NCBI GenBank assembly: GCA_029560805.1
Contig: JAKQKE010000039.1
Location: 10,158 to 74,157 of the forward strand
Length of the DNA stretch: 64,000 bases
Reading direction: 5' to 3'
From: Spirochaetota bacterium
GTDB lineage: Bacteria > Spirochaetota > Spirochaetia > Treponematales > UBA12059
The notes beneath the pieces were generated by a model. It made no database searches. It saw only the letters and a list, made by a program, of their open reading frames with translations, and was not told the DNA's origin. The position numbers and the translations under genes were made by a program. Positions 45,019 through 53,718 of the stretch are shown here, in pieces. Each line of letters opens with the position of its first letter. The stretch's first letter is position 1.

Positions 45019-46415
45019 CGCTCATACGAGGAGGGCTGGTAGTCGATGGCACCGGGGCGCCCGCTCGGCGCGCCGACGTGCTGGTCGACGACGAACGAAT
45101 CGCGGCGATAGGCGCCGTGCCGAAGGCTCCGCCTGGAGCAGCCGTAATCGACGCCACCGGGGCCGTCGTGGCGCCTGGCTTCATCGACGCGCACACCCAT
45201 GACGACGTAGCGGCGCTCGACGGCGTTAACCTGGCCAAGCTGACGCAGGGGATCACGACCGTGGTGGTAGGCAACTGCGGCTTCTCGCTGGCGCCGTGGA
45301 CGCCGAGCCTTCGGCGCCCGACGCCGCCCGAACCGCTCGGCATCCTGGGCGGGCCGGAGCGCTTCACCTATCCGGATTTCGCCTCGTACCTGGCGGCGCT
45401 CGGCCCGGACGGCGTGGCGCTGTGCGGCCATTCGTCGCTACGGGCCCTGCGCGTGGCTGACCTGGGCCGTCCGGCGTCGCCCGACGAGCTGGCGGCCATG
45501 GTCGTCGACCTCGAAACGGCGCTCGACTCGGGCTGCGCCGGGCTGTCCGCGGGGCTCGCCTATCCGGCGGCCATAGCGGCGTCGACCGAGGAGGTGACGG
45601 CCCTCGCGCGCGTGGCCTTCCGTCGCGGCAAGGCTTTCGCTATCCACCTGCGCAACGAGTACGACGGCGTCTGGGACGCCCTCGACGAGGCCTTCTCGAT
45701 AGCCAGGTCAGCCTTGCCAGGCTCGCCCGAGCCCGGCGCGCGCCTCGTCTTGTCGCACCAGAAATGCGCCGGACTCCGGCAACGCGGCCGGGCGGGCGAG
45801 CTGCTCGAACGGATAGAGCGCGCCGCGCGCGAGCTGCCCGTCTCGTTCGACGCCTATCCCTACGAGGCTGGCTCGACGATGCTCGAGGCCGAGTCGGTAC
45901 GGGCCTCGAGCCGCGTGCTCGTCACCTGGTCGGAGCCCCATCCCGAGTTGGCCGGTCTTGAGCTCGCGGAGGCCGCCGAACGGCTCGGGCTGGACGAGCG
46001 TGCCGCCCTCGAGGCTCTGAAGCCCGGCGGCGGGGCTTACTTCCACATGGATGAGGCAGACGTCGACGCCATCCTGGCCCATCCCCTCTGCATGGTCGGT
46101 TCCGACGGCCTCCCGGCCGACGCAGTGCCGCATCCGAGGCTCTACGGCGCGTTTCCGCGCTATCTCAGCCGCATGGTACGCGAGAAGGGCCTGCTCGGGC
46201 TCGAGGAGGCGGTACGCAAGGTCACGTCCCTGCCCGCCGCCGTCTTCTCGCTCGGCTCAAAGGGCCTACTGCGGGTTGGGGCCGACGCGGACGTCGTCGT
46301 GTTCGACCCGGAACGGTTCCGGGACCGAGCCGATTGGCGCGAGCCAAGACGGTACTGCGAAGGGATCCGCGCGGCGCTACGCCGCGGTACGCTGGAGCGT
46401 CTTCCGGGCGGCTGA
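45015..46415 (+). CDS. D-aminoacylase (N-acyl-D-amino-acid deacylase, amidohydrolase superfamily)
   Basis: 466 aa. 'GGLVVDGTGAP', 'PGFIDAHTHDD', 'LSHQKCAG' and 'MVGSDGLP...HPRLYGAFPRYL' are typical of D-aminoacylases. ATGA overlap with the upstream gene. Confidence 0.85.
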   Translation: MTLIRGGLVVDGTGAPARRADVLVDDERIAAIGAVPKAPPGAAVIDATGAVVAPGFIDAHTHDDVAALDGVNLAKLTQGITTVVVGNCGFSLAPWTPSLRRPTPPEPLGILGGPERFTYPDFASYLAALGPDGVALCGHSSLRALRVADLGRPASPDELAAMVVDLETALDSGCAGLSAGLAYPAAIAASTEEVTALARVAFRRGKAFAIHLRNEYDGVWDALDEAFSIARSALPGSPEPGARLVLSHQKCAGLRQRGRAGELLERIERAARELPVSFDAYPYEAGSTMLEAESVRASSRVLVTWSEPHPELAGLELAEAAERLGLDERAALEALKPGGGAYFHMDEADVDAILAHPLCMVGSDGLPADAVPHPRLYGAFPRYLSRMVREKGLLGLEEAVRKVTSLPAAVFSLGSKGLLRVGADADVVVFDPERFRDRADWREPRRYCEGIRAALRRGTLERLPGG

Positions 46416-46446
46416 ACGCCAGCTGAGCGCGCCGAGAAGCCCCGGC

Positions 46447-47610
46447 CTAGGCCCAGCCGAGCAGGCGGACGCCCAGGTAGACGTAGTGCGCGGCGACGCC
46501 CGCGACGAGGCCGCCCACGGTGTGCGAGAGGAGCGCGTCGCCTATCAGGTCGCGGCGTCCCATCGCGTCCATCATGCCGGTGTGGGTCGACAGGTAGCCC
46601 GACCAACACATGCCCATCGCCGTGAAGACCGCTATGTCGTTGCCATGGGCCAAGCCCTGGGCCATGAAGCGCGGCACGAGGCCGAGCGCCGCGCCGACAG
46701 CGCCGAGGCTCGTAATCGGGAACGCGATGGCCTCGGGGCTCTCGAAGCCGAACAGTAGCCTGAAGAGCGGGGATAGGAGGCGCCCGAGGGCCGGTAGGAT
46801 CGGCACGCCCTCGTAGGCAAGGCCCTGGTAGCCAATCGCGGCGTCCTTCGGTCCCCAGGTTATCATCATCACGGCGGTCGAGATGATCAGTACGCCGGGT
46901 ATGATGGAGAAGCCGGCCTGTACGCCCGACTTGCCGCCGTCGAGCAGCGCGTTGATGACGCGTACCACGAGTCCCTGGTCCTGGGCGCGCAGCACGTTGT
47001 CCTCGCGGAACTTGACCTGGTCCTCTGGGCTCACGACGTCGACGACGCCGAGCCTGCGCTTGACCCGGCCCTGCATGAGCCTCGTCGATACGATGGCGCC
47101 GACGACCGCTCCGGCCAAGCCGACGAAGGCCTCTCGGTAGAAGCCGAGGCCCATCATATAGGTGATGACGATGAGGCCCATGCCGAAGGCCGTCCCGAAG
47201 TTGGTCAGCGAGTAGAGCTGGTGCTTCTTGAAGTAGCTCGCGTAGCCTTTGTCGCTAGCCAGGCTCAGGATGGCCGGATTATCGGACAGGAAGGTCAGCA
47301 CCGCCGCGAGCGACGCGACGCCCGGCAGTCCGAACAGCGGCTTCATGAACGGGGCCATCAAGCGCTCGATGATGCGCACGACGCCGAACTCGGTCAGGAT
47401 GGCAGCTAGCGCGCCGACGATCACGGTGATCGCCATCAGGTAGAATACGGTGTTCAGGAGCAGGTCGTGGGCCGTCAGCGTGATCGTGTTGATCAGGTTC
47501 TTGGCCCCCATGACTGAGCCCAGGTAGCCGAAGCAGGCGATAAGGACGACGGACGTGACGAGGCCCTCGATGAGCCGCTTGTTCGCGGACGGGGCCTTGG
47601 TGGCTGGCAT
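46447..47610 (-). CDS. Nucleoside-recognition (Gate) domain membrane protein, YjiH-like
   Basis: 387 aa, polytopic. 'FGVVRIIERLMAPFMKPLFGLPGVASLAAVLTFLSDNPAI' is typical of Gate/nucleoside-recognition-domain proteins. Confidence 0.7.
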   Translation of the reverse strand: MPATKAPSANKRLIEGLVTSVVLIACFGYLGSVMGAKNLINTITLTAHDLLLNTVFYLMAITVIVGALAAILTEFGVVRIIERLMAPFMKPLFGLPGVASLAAVLTFLSDNPAILSLASDKGYASYFKKHQLYSLTNFGTAFGMGLIVITYMMGLGFYREAFVGLAGAVVGAIVSTRLMQGRVKRRLGVVDVVSPEDQVKFREDNVLRAQDQGLVVRVINALLDGGKSGVQAGFSIIPGVLIISTAVMMITWGPKDAAIGYQGLAYEGVPILPALGRLLSPLFRLLFGFESPEAIAFPITSLGAVGAALGLVPRFMAQGLAHGNDIAVFTAMGMCWSGYLSTHTGMMDAMGRRDLIGDALLSHTVGGLVAGVAAHYVYLGVRLLGWA

Positions 47611-47734
47611 GATTTCCTCCGTAAGTGATCGCGGAGCGAGTATCCTCGGAAGGCGAGACGCGCGTCAATCGCTACGTCGGTATCGATAGAAAAGAACGCT
47701 CGCGCCCGGGTCCCATCCCAAGGGCCGCGGAGCC

Positions 47735-47773
47735 GATAGCGGCGGCCGGCTGACGCCTAGGGCCGCCGCTATC
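47735..47773 (-). terminator. 13-bp perfect GC-rich stem-loop just after the EIIC-like gene (possible terminator, no U-tract)
   Basis: GATAGCGGCGGCC (47735-47747), a 13-nt loop, then GGCCGCCGCTATC (47761-47773). It begins 6 nt after the stop at 47780. Confidence 0.4.
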
Positions 47774-47779
47774 GTCGCC

Positions 47780-48841
47780 CTAGGAACTCAGTTTCATGTC
47801 GCCGTCGCGTATCCAGCCCTTCTTGCGCATCAGCGCGTAGAAGGCGTACGACAGCAGGGCCGGGAGCACGAGGCAGACCATCAGGATCGAGAACAGGACG
47901 CGCGGAGCGCCCATACCGGCCCCGGTCATCGCCTGCCAGGCCAGGAGCGGGCCGACGAGACCCGAGGTGCCCATGCCCGAGCCGGCCGGCAGGTTCATCA
48001 TGCCGAAGACCGTGGTGGCGAGCGGCCCGGTGATCGCGCTCGCGGCCGTGGCGGGTATCCAGATCCTCCAGTTGCGCACGATGTTCGGCATCTGCAGCAT
48101 CGAGGTTCCGAGGCCCTGGGCGAACAGACCGTTCCAGCCATTGTCCCTGAAGCTGATCACGGCGAAGCCTATCATCTGGGCCGAGCAGCCGGCGGTGGCG
48201 GCCCCCGCTGACAGCCCCGACAGCCCGAGGATGATGCCGATGGCGGCCGAGCTGATCGGCAGGGTCAGGAAGAGGCCCATGCAGACCGAGATGACGACGC
48301 CCATCAGGAAGGGCCTGAGCTCGGTGGCGTAGCGGATGATGCCACCGAGCGCGATGGAGCCCTGGGACAGCGTCGGGCCGAGCAGGGCGCCGGCTAGGCA
48401 GCCGGCGACGATGGTCACGGCGGGCGTGACGATGATGTCGACGCGGGTCTTGCCCGAGACGAGGCGACCGAGTTCCGCGCCGGCGAGCGCCGCGACGAGG
48501 GCGCCGAGCGGGTCTCCGGGGCCGGACAGGGCCACGCCGGCCGCCGAAAATAGCGAGCCGTCCACGAAGCGCGAAGCGTAGGCGCCGACGAGGCCGCAGA
48601 GGAGGCTGGCGTAGATCACGAGCCTTGGGCTGCCGAGCGAGTGCGCCACGCCGGCCGCGATGCCCGCGCCGGTCAGCACCGTGGCTAGGTTGCCGAGGCC
48701 GACGAGGAAGCGACCCGGCGCGGTGCCCGGGAAAAAGCCGCCGACCTGTTTGAGTATCAGGCCGATGATCAGGGTGGAGAACAGGCCCAAGGCCATGCCA
48801 CCGAGCGCGTCCACGAGGTAACGCTTGACGAATTTGTTCAT
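47780..48841 (-). CDS. Orphan PTS EIIC-like membrane protein (EIIC_2 type)
   Basis: 'MNKFVKRYLVDALGGMALGLFSTLIIGLILKQVG' and ~10 TM segments resemble the stand-alone PTS_EIIC_2 family. No EIIA/EIIB/HPr gene nearby. ATG 48841 is preferred over the track start at 49000. Confidence 0.7.
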   Translation of the reverse strand: MNKFVKRYLVDALGGMALGLFSTLIIGLILKQVGGFFPGTAPGRFLVGLGNLATVLTGAGIAAGVAHSLGSPRLVIYASLLCGLVGAYASRFVDGSLFSAAGVALSGPGDPLGALVAALAGAELGRLVSGKTRVDIIVTPAVTIVAGCLAGALLGPTLSQGSIALGGIIRYATELRPFLMGVVISVCMGLFLTLPISSAAIGIILGLSGLSAGAATAGCSAQMIGFAVISFRDNGWNGLFAQGLGTSMLQMPNIVRNWRIWIPATAASAITGPLATTVFGMMNLPAGSGMGTSGLVGPLLAWQAMTGAGMGAPRVLFSILMVCLVLPALLSYAFYALMRKKGWIRDGDMKLSS

Positions 48842-49033
48842 GGCGCGTAGCGCTCCATGCGGTACCGATCCATGCCCAGGCGGGAGACGGGCCGGATCTT
48901 TCGGACGGGACACGCACATAGCTCCGTCAGGGAGCGTTGGTTTGCTCCAGGAGACTCCGGTACCATGCCGAACATACCCGCCCCCCGCCGCCAGAGTCAA
49001 GCGGGCGAGCCGGCGTAGGGCGGGCGAGGGGCG

Positions 49034-51547
49034 TCAGTCTATAGCATATTTCACGATGAGCGCGTTCTCCCCCTCGGCGGGCCAGCTCTCCTGGTATCCG
49101 CCGCTCACGGTGTTCGCGTTGCCGAAGCCGACGCTGTTACCGCCCTTGTTCTTCCACATACCGGCGGTTATCAGGGAGCCGTTACCCGTATAGACGAGGT
49201 CGTAGAAGAGGCTGTCCTGGGTGGCTGCTACCGTCGACTGCGCCCAGAGCGCGGAGCCGTCGCTATCGAATTTAACGATGATCGCGTTTTCTCCGCTATA
49301 GCTCGGGGCGACCGTTACCCCGTTACCGAAGTCAACCGTAGCGCTCCCATTGACCGTCGTCGCGATATAGATGTCGCCGTCACCGTCGCTGGCTATGGCT
49401 ATGTTGCCATAGTCGTCGCTCGAGGCCGAGCTGAACGAGCCGGTCGATTCGGCGAGCGTTCTCGCGAATAGTGTCGTACCGTCGGATCCGCTATAGGTGA
49501 TCAGGTACGGCCGGCTACCGCGGCAGCTGGTAGTGAAGCCGTCGCCCCAGTCGATATCCGCGTAATAGCTATCGCTACCGTACGAGTTGCACGCTACGTA
49601 TACAGTGCCGGAGCCGTCTACCCAGAGGCCGTTGGGCATGAGGTAGGTATAGGGGTTTGCGCAGGTCACGGTCACTCCCTTGGTCCACAGGCTCTGGAGG
49701 CTCGAATCGAACTTCATGGTCACCGCGTAGCCGTTATTGACCGGGGAGGTGTTGCCCGTGCAGTAGAGGTTGCCCGCCGCGTCGACGACCGCCTTGTCGA
49801 GCGTGCCGACCGCAGAGGGCGATAGGACTCCGACGGCCGTCCCGTCGGATCCGTATTTGACGATCACCCCCTGGTAATCGCCGCTCGAGCTGACCGATTG
49901 ACCGGAGAAGCTCGCGGTACCGGTGATGGAGCCGATCGCGTACGCGTTGCCGTTGCCGTCCGCCGCTATATCCCTGAATTTGCTCGTCCCGGCGCCGCCG
50001 CCAGTACTGATCCAGTTGAGCGTCCCGTCTGACGAGAACTGCATGATGAACGCGGTCGTTTGGACCGTCGTGGTGAACGACTTGCCGTTCGGGAAGTTGA
50101 AGGTCCCTGTCCCGGTGCAGGTATAGCCGACGACCGTGATCCTATGCGATACGCTGTTCACCGACACGCCGGTGAAACGGCAATCGGCGGCCGTGTTGGT
50201 GACGCTGGACAGGGATCGTATCCAGGTTGCCGAGCCGTATTGGTCGTACTTGACCAGCGCGGGAATCGACTGAGGCATCGAAGCCTTGGCGAACGAGATG
50301 CTCAAGCCGCCTATCGAGTAGTCGATCGAGGCGTCAGGGTATCCTGAGCCTCCGGCGCGGAGCGCCGCGATCGCGTAGTAGCTACCGTCGGAGGTATCCG
50401 CCGCTATTCCTACGTAGCTCGAACGTCCGTCACCCGAGGCGACCGTCTTGGCCCAGGCGGTTGAGTTGGTCTTGGTCGTGACAGAGGGGGAGGCGGGAGA
50501 CCAGTCGCTCGTCCCTCCCGGCGACGTGGACCTGACCCAGTAGTAGTAGGTCGTGCCGGGGACGGCGCTCTCGTCAATGAAGCTCGTCGTAGCGTCGCTC
50601 GGGCCGGGGGATATCGTCGCGCGATCGCCCCCGCCGCTCTGGGTTCCGCGGCTAATTTCATAGCCGGTAGCGCCCGTACCGGCGCTCCACGACAGTGAGA
50701 CACGGGTCATGGACAGCGTGCTCGTACCTACCGTCGGAGTACCAGCCGTACCGGGCTTCACCTGGATATCAGCGGACAACATGCCGGAAACGGCGTAGTT
50801 CGCCTTATACGCGATAGCCCTGATCCTCGACAGCCCTCCGATCGGTACGGATATCGGGGAGCCGTCGACGTAGATTTCTCCCGATGAGTCCGACGGCGAC
50901 GATCCGTCGGTCTTGTACCTGATCGTCGCGCCGGCTGTGGAGCAGGCTAGGCTGACCGCTTGGGCTACCGTATAGGTCCCCGCGGCGACGCTCGCCGTCG
51001 GCGTGGCCACCCGCTCCAGTACCGACGAGGCGTCGACGTAGGCCTTGACGGTCACGCTGAACGCTTGGTTCAGGTAGGCGTTCGACGGTATCCTCAGGGT
51101 CGCCTGGATAGTGCCGGCGACCTTCGGGACGACGGCTATCACGATGGAGCTCGATTCGCCGACGCCGATAGTCGCGTCGGGGAGGCTCCGTATCGAGAAG
51201 ACGCCGGCTGCTTGCCCCTCTGGCGCGGATAGCGCGACGGCGCCCGTATCGACGCTGAGCGTCGCGTGGCCCGAATTCTTTATCGCGACCGTATAGAGCA
51301 GCGCCGTCGATTCGTCGGTGCTGTAGGTTATGGTCCCGAGGTCACGCGTGGAGCCCGAGTCGATCGCCGCCGTGTCGGACGAGAAGACGACGGAAATAGC
51401 GGGAGATACTGCGATGACCCTAGCCTCGGCGACGAGATCCGCCATCGGATTCTCGCAGGCGGCCAGGAGGGCGAGCGCGACGATGGCGGCGACGCTTGCG
51501 ATTACTTGGCCGTGGATGCGCTTTGCGCGCGAGTGAATCAGAACCAT
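49034..51547 (-). CDS. Large surface lipoprotein: ASH/choice-of-anchor-like domain, chitobiase-C-like domain, fibronectin type III, beta-propeller (SBBP-like) repeats
   Basis: 837 aa. Lipobox 'ALLAACE'. 'AGTYTVAQAVSLACSTAGATIRYKTDGSSP' (CHB_HEX_C-like). 'LSWSAGTGATGYEISRG...GTTYYYWVRS' (FN3). The C-terminal ~450 aa carry repeated 'G..YV.G...G' beta-propeller-like units. Confidence 0.8.
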   Translation of the reverse strand: MVLIHSRAKRIHGQVIASVAAIVALALLAACENPMADLVAEARVIAVSPAISVVFSSDTAAIDSGSTRDLGTITYSTDESTALLYTVAIKNSGHATLSVDTGAVALSAPEGQAAGVFSIRSLPDATIGVGESSSIVIAVVPKVAGTIQATLRIPSNAYLNQAFSVTVKAYVDASSVLERVATPTASVAAGTYTVAQAVSLACSTAGATIRYKTDGSSPSDSSGEIYVDGSPISVPIGGLSRIRAIAYKANYAVSGMLSADIQVKPGTAGTPTVGTSTLSMTRVSLSWSAGTGATGYEISRGTQSGGGDRATISPGPSDATTSFIDESAVPGTTYYYWVRSTSPGGTSDWSPASPSVTTKTNSTAWAKTVASGDGRSSYVGIAADTSDGSYYAIAALRAGGSGYPDASIDYSIGGLSISFAKASMPQSIPALVKYDQYGSATWIRSLSSVTNTAADCRFTGVSVNSVSHRITVVGYTCTGTGTFNFPNGKSFTTTVQTTAFIMQFSSDGTLNWISTGGGAGTSKFRDIAADGNGNAYAIGSITGTASFSGQSVSSSGDYQGVIVKYGSDGTAVGVLSPSAVGTLDKAVVDAAGNLYCTGNTSPVNNGYAVTMKFDSSLQSLWTKGVTVTCANPYTYLMPNGLWVDGSGTVYVACNSYGSDSYYADIDWGDGFTTSCRGSRPYLITYSGSDGTTLFARTLAESTGSFSSASSDDYGNIAIASDGDGDIYIATTVNGSATVDFGNGVTVAPSYSGENAIIVKFDSDGSALWAQSTVAATQDSLFYDLVYTGNGSLITAGMWKNKGGNSVGFGNANTVSGGYQESWPAEGENALIVKYAID

Positions 51548-53625
51548 ATCGTCTCCTCCTTGCCGGCCTGGGCGGCGCGGGTACCGGACGCGGACGCGCC
51601 GACGAGCGAGGCGTACCTGTCCGCGGTGGCCGGGTCGATGGCGCGGACCCGGGCGATCAGCGCGGCTACCTCGTCGCTACGGCCCAGGGCGGCGGCGGTC
51701 CTGGCCATGCTGACGATCAGGCGCGCGTTGTCCGGGGCGTCTTCGGCGGCCTGGGCGAAGCGGTCGTACGCGGCCTTGTAGTCGCCGCGGAGGAAGGCCA
51801 CGTTGCCAAGGTTGACTATGGCGGGCTGGTACTGGTCCTTCGCGGCGGCCCTGAGGTCGCGCTCGGCGTCGTCGTACCTGCCGTACCTGGCGTACAGTAC
51901 GCCGCGCTCGTTCAGGAAGCGCGCGGCTCCGGACGTCGGCCTAGGGCCGAGCCGCTCGAGCCTGGCCTTGAGCTCGAGCGATACGAGCCTGTCGAGCTCG
52001 GCGACGAAGGCCGTCTTGACGGCCTTGGCGGAGGGCGGCGCGGCGCTCGAGCCGTCGGCCGGAAGGCCTACGGGCGGGAAGGTCTTCCAGGCCTCGTGGA
52101 CGGGATGGAACCCGGCCGCGCCCCCAGAGCGAGCCTCGCGCCATTGCCTGGCCGCGGCGCGCCAGGCCTCCACGAAGCCCGAGTCCCTCATGGTCGTCTC
52201 TATGGGTATCCATACCCTGCCGTCGATCACGACGAGCTCGCGCTCGTCCATGGAGCGGGCGGCCGCGTCGACGACCGACAGGCCGGAGTCGAAGGCCACG
52301 AAGATGTGGCCGGGCACGGTGATGAACGCGGTCTGGATGCCGGCGGCCTCGAAGAACGAGGCGTACAGTACCGTCAGGTCGGCGCAGTCGCCGGCGCGGT
52401 AGCCGAGCGTCTGCCTGGGGAACTTGAGGCTGTCCACGGCGGCGGCGTCGACGGCGCCGGTCGCGAAGGGCCGGTTGGGGCTCAGGACGTAGCTGATGCC
52501 GTAGACGCGGAGGCCCTCGTGGAAGGCTACGGCGCTCTGGACGCTATCGGGTAGCTCGGGGTTGCGCGAGTCCTTGACGGCGGCGCTGATGTTGCCCGAC
52601 AGGTCGAGCACCCAAGGATCCTTGCTCGAGACGAAGGCGGCGGCGTGCCGGTCGTCGACCCAGGTGAGCGCGTTGCGGTCGTACACGACGACGGTGACCG
52701 TCTTCGTCTGGGTCGTGCCGGATCCGTACTCCACGGTGATCTCGGCGCCGGCCTTGGTCGCCTCGGTGACCGACAGTATGCTGTCGTTGAAGAGCCCGTA
52801 GATAGGCACGTCGACCGACTTCCCGGGCGCCAGCCGCTCGATGACGGCGCATTCCTTGGGGGCGTCCATGTACTGCCTGATGACGAAGCTCACCTTGACG
52901 TCCCTGGCGGTCTTCCTGCTCGCGTTGTTTATGCGGACGGTGCCGATCGGGTTGTCGTCGTAGTACGAGCGGAAGATCGGGAAGACCTCGCCGAGATCGG
53001 CCGACGCGAACTCGAGCAGGCGATCGCCGCCGGATCCCGGAGCCGGCAAGGCGTAGGCGACGCCGAGCGTCGCGCCGAAGCCGCCGTACAGGCCGGACAT
53101 ATAGGTCCAGGCGGCGTCGAGCCTCGCGGAGAAGCCTTCGGCGAGGTCGAGCTCGAGCCCGGTCCCGGCGCGCGCCGAGGCGTAGGGCACGCCGTCGCCC
53201 GAGTCGAGCCGGCCGATGGCCATACCGCCGTCCAGGAAGCCGCGCAGCCTGAGCGACGGCCTGAGCGCGAGGCCCGTCCCGGCGCCGGCCAGCACGGACA
53301 GCTCGCTGAGCCTGCCGGCGACCTCGACGCCGTCGACCGGGAGTAGCCCGCCCGACGAGAAGCCGCCCGATAGCCTGAGCGCCAGCGGGAAGCGGGTCGG
53401 TAGCGCGTACTCGAGCCCGAGCGAGCCGCCGAAGGCCGCAGCCAGGCCGTCGTTCGGCCCGAAGTCGCCGGAGGTGATCGGCACGGTTACCATCGGGGAC
53501 GCCGTCAGCGTCACGAGGCCCGAAGGAGCGGCGGCCGCGTCCGGCGCGGACAGCGCCATGGCCGCGACCAGCCAGGGGGCCAATATGGCTTTTCGGACGA
53601 CTCTATGGGTCGGGGGTGTACGCAT
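51538..53625 (-). CDS. Secreted protein: N-terminal beta-barrel-like region, transglutaminase-like Cys-protease core, C-terminal TPR
   Basis: 695 aa with a signal peptide. The first ~190 aa have an alternating Gly/aromatic beta-strand pattern. 'AGDCADLTVLYASFFEAAGIQTAFITVPGHIFVAF' (Cys...His of a transglutaminase-like core). C-terminal TPR 'YARYGRYDDAERDLRAAAK...NLGNVAFLRGDYKAAYDRFAQAAE'. Confidence 0.75.
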   Translation of the reverse strand: MRTPPTHRVVRKAILAPWLVAAMALSAPDAAAAPSGLVTLTASPMVTVPITSGDFGPNDGLAAAFGGSLGLEYALPTRFPLALRLSGGFSSGGLLPVDGVEVAGRLSELSVLAGAGTGLALRPSLRLRGFLDGGMAIGRLDSGDGVPYASARAGTGLELDLAEGFSARLDAAWTYMSGLYGGFGATLGVAYALPAPGSGGDRLLEFASADLGEVFPIFRSYYDDNPIGTVRINNASRKTARDVKVSFVIRQYMDAPKECAVIERLAPGKSVDVPIYGLFNDSILSVTEATKAGAEITVEYGSGTTQTKTVTVVVYDRNALTWVDDRHAAAFVSSKDPWVLDLSGNISAAVKDSRNPELPDSVQSAVAFHEGLRVYGISYVLSPNRPFATGAVDAAAVDSLKFPRQTLGYRAGDCADLTVLYASFFEAAGIQTAFITVPGHIFVAFDSGLSVVDAAARSMDERELVVIDGRVWIPIETTMRDSGFVEAWRAAARQWREARSGGAAGFHPVHEAWKTFPPVGLPADGSSAAPPSAKAVKTAFVAELDRLVSLELKARLERLGPRPTSGAARFLNERGVLYARYGRYDDAERDLRAAAKDQYQPAIVNLGNVAFLRGDYKAAYDRFAQAAEDAPDNARLIVSMARTAAALGRSDEVAALIARVRAIDPATADRYASLVGASASGTRAAQAGKEETIWF

Positions 53626-53718
53626 CGCGCGCCTCCATCGTAATCAGGCTGAATCCGTAACGGATATATAGCATCCATATACGGCGCGGTCGTCCTGATT
53701 CGATGAAACGGTACGATC

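Noticed and set aside
47769-48917. Arg-rich 382-aa minus-strand ORF. Equivalent Arg-rich frames occur at 24124-24954, 37507-38049, 53918-54850, 61386-62573, 16897-17421 and 54870-56426 (upstream part).
   Set aside because: These are frame-shifted shadows of genuine membrane or enzyme genes on the same strand. Extreme Arg/Pro/Gly content is typical of the wrong frame in GC-rich coding DNA.
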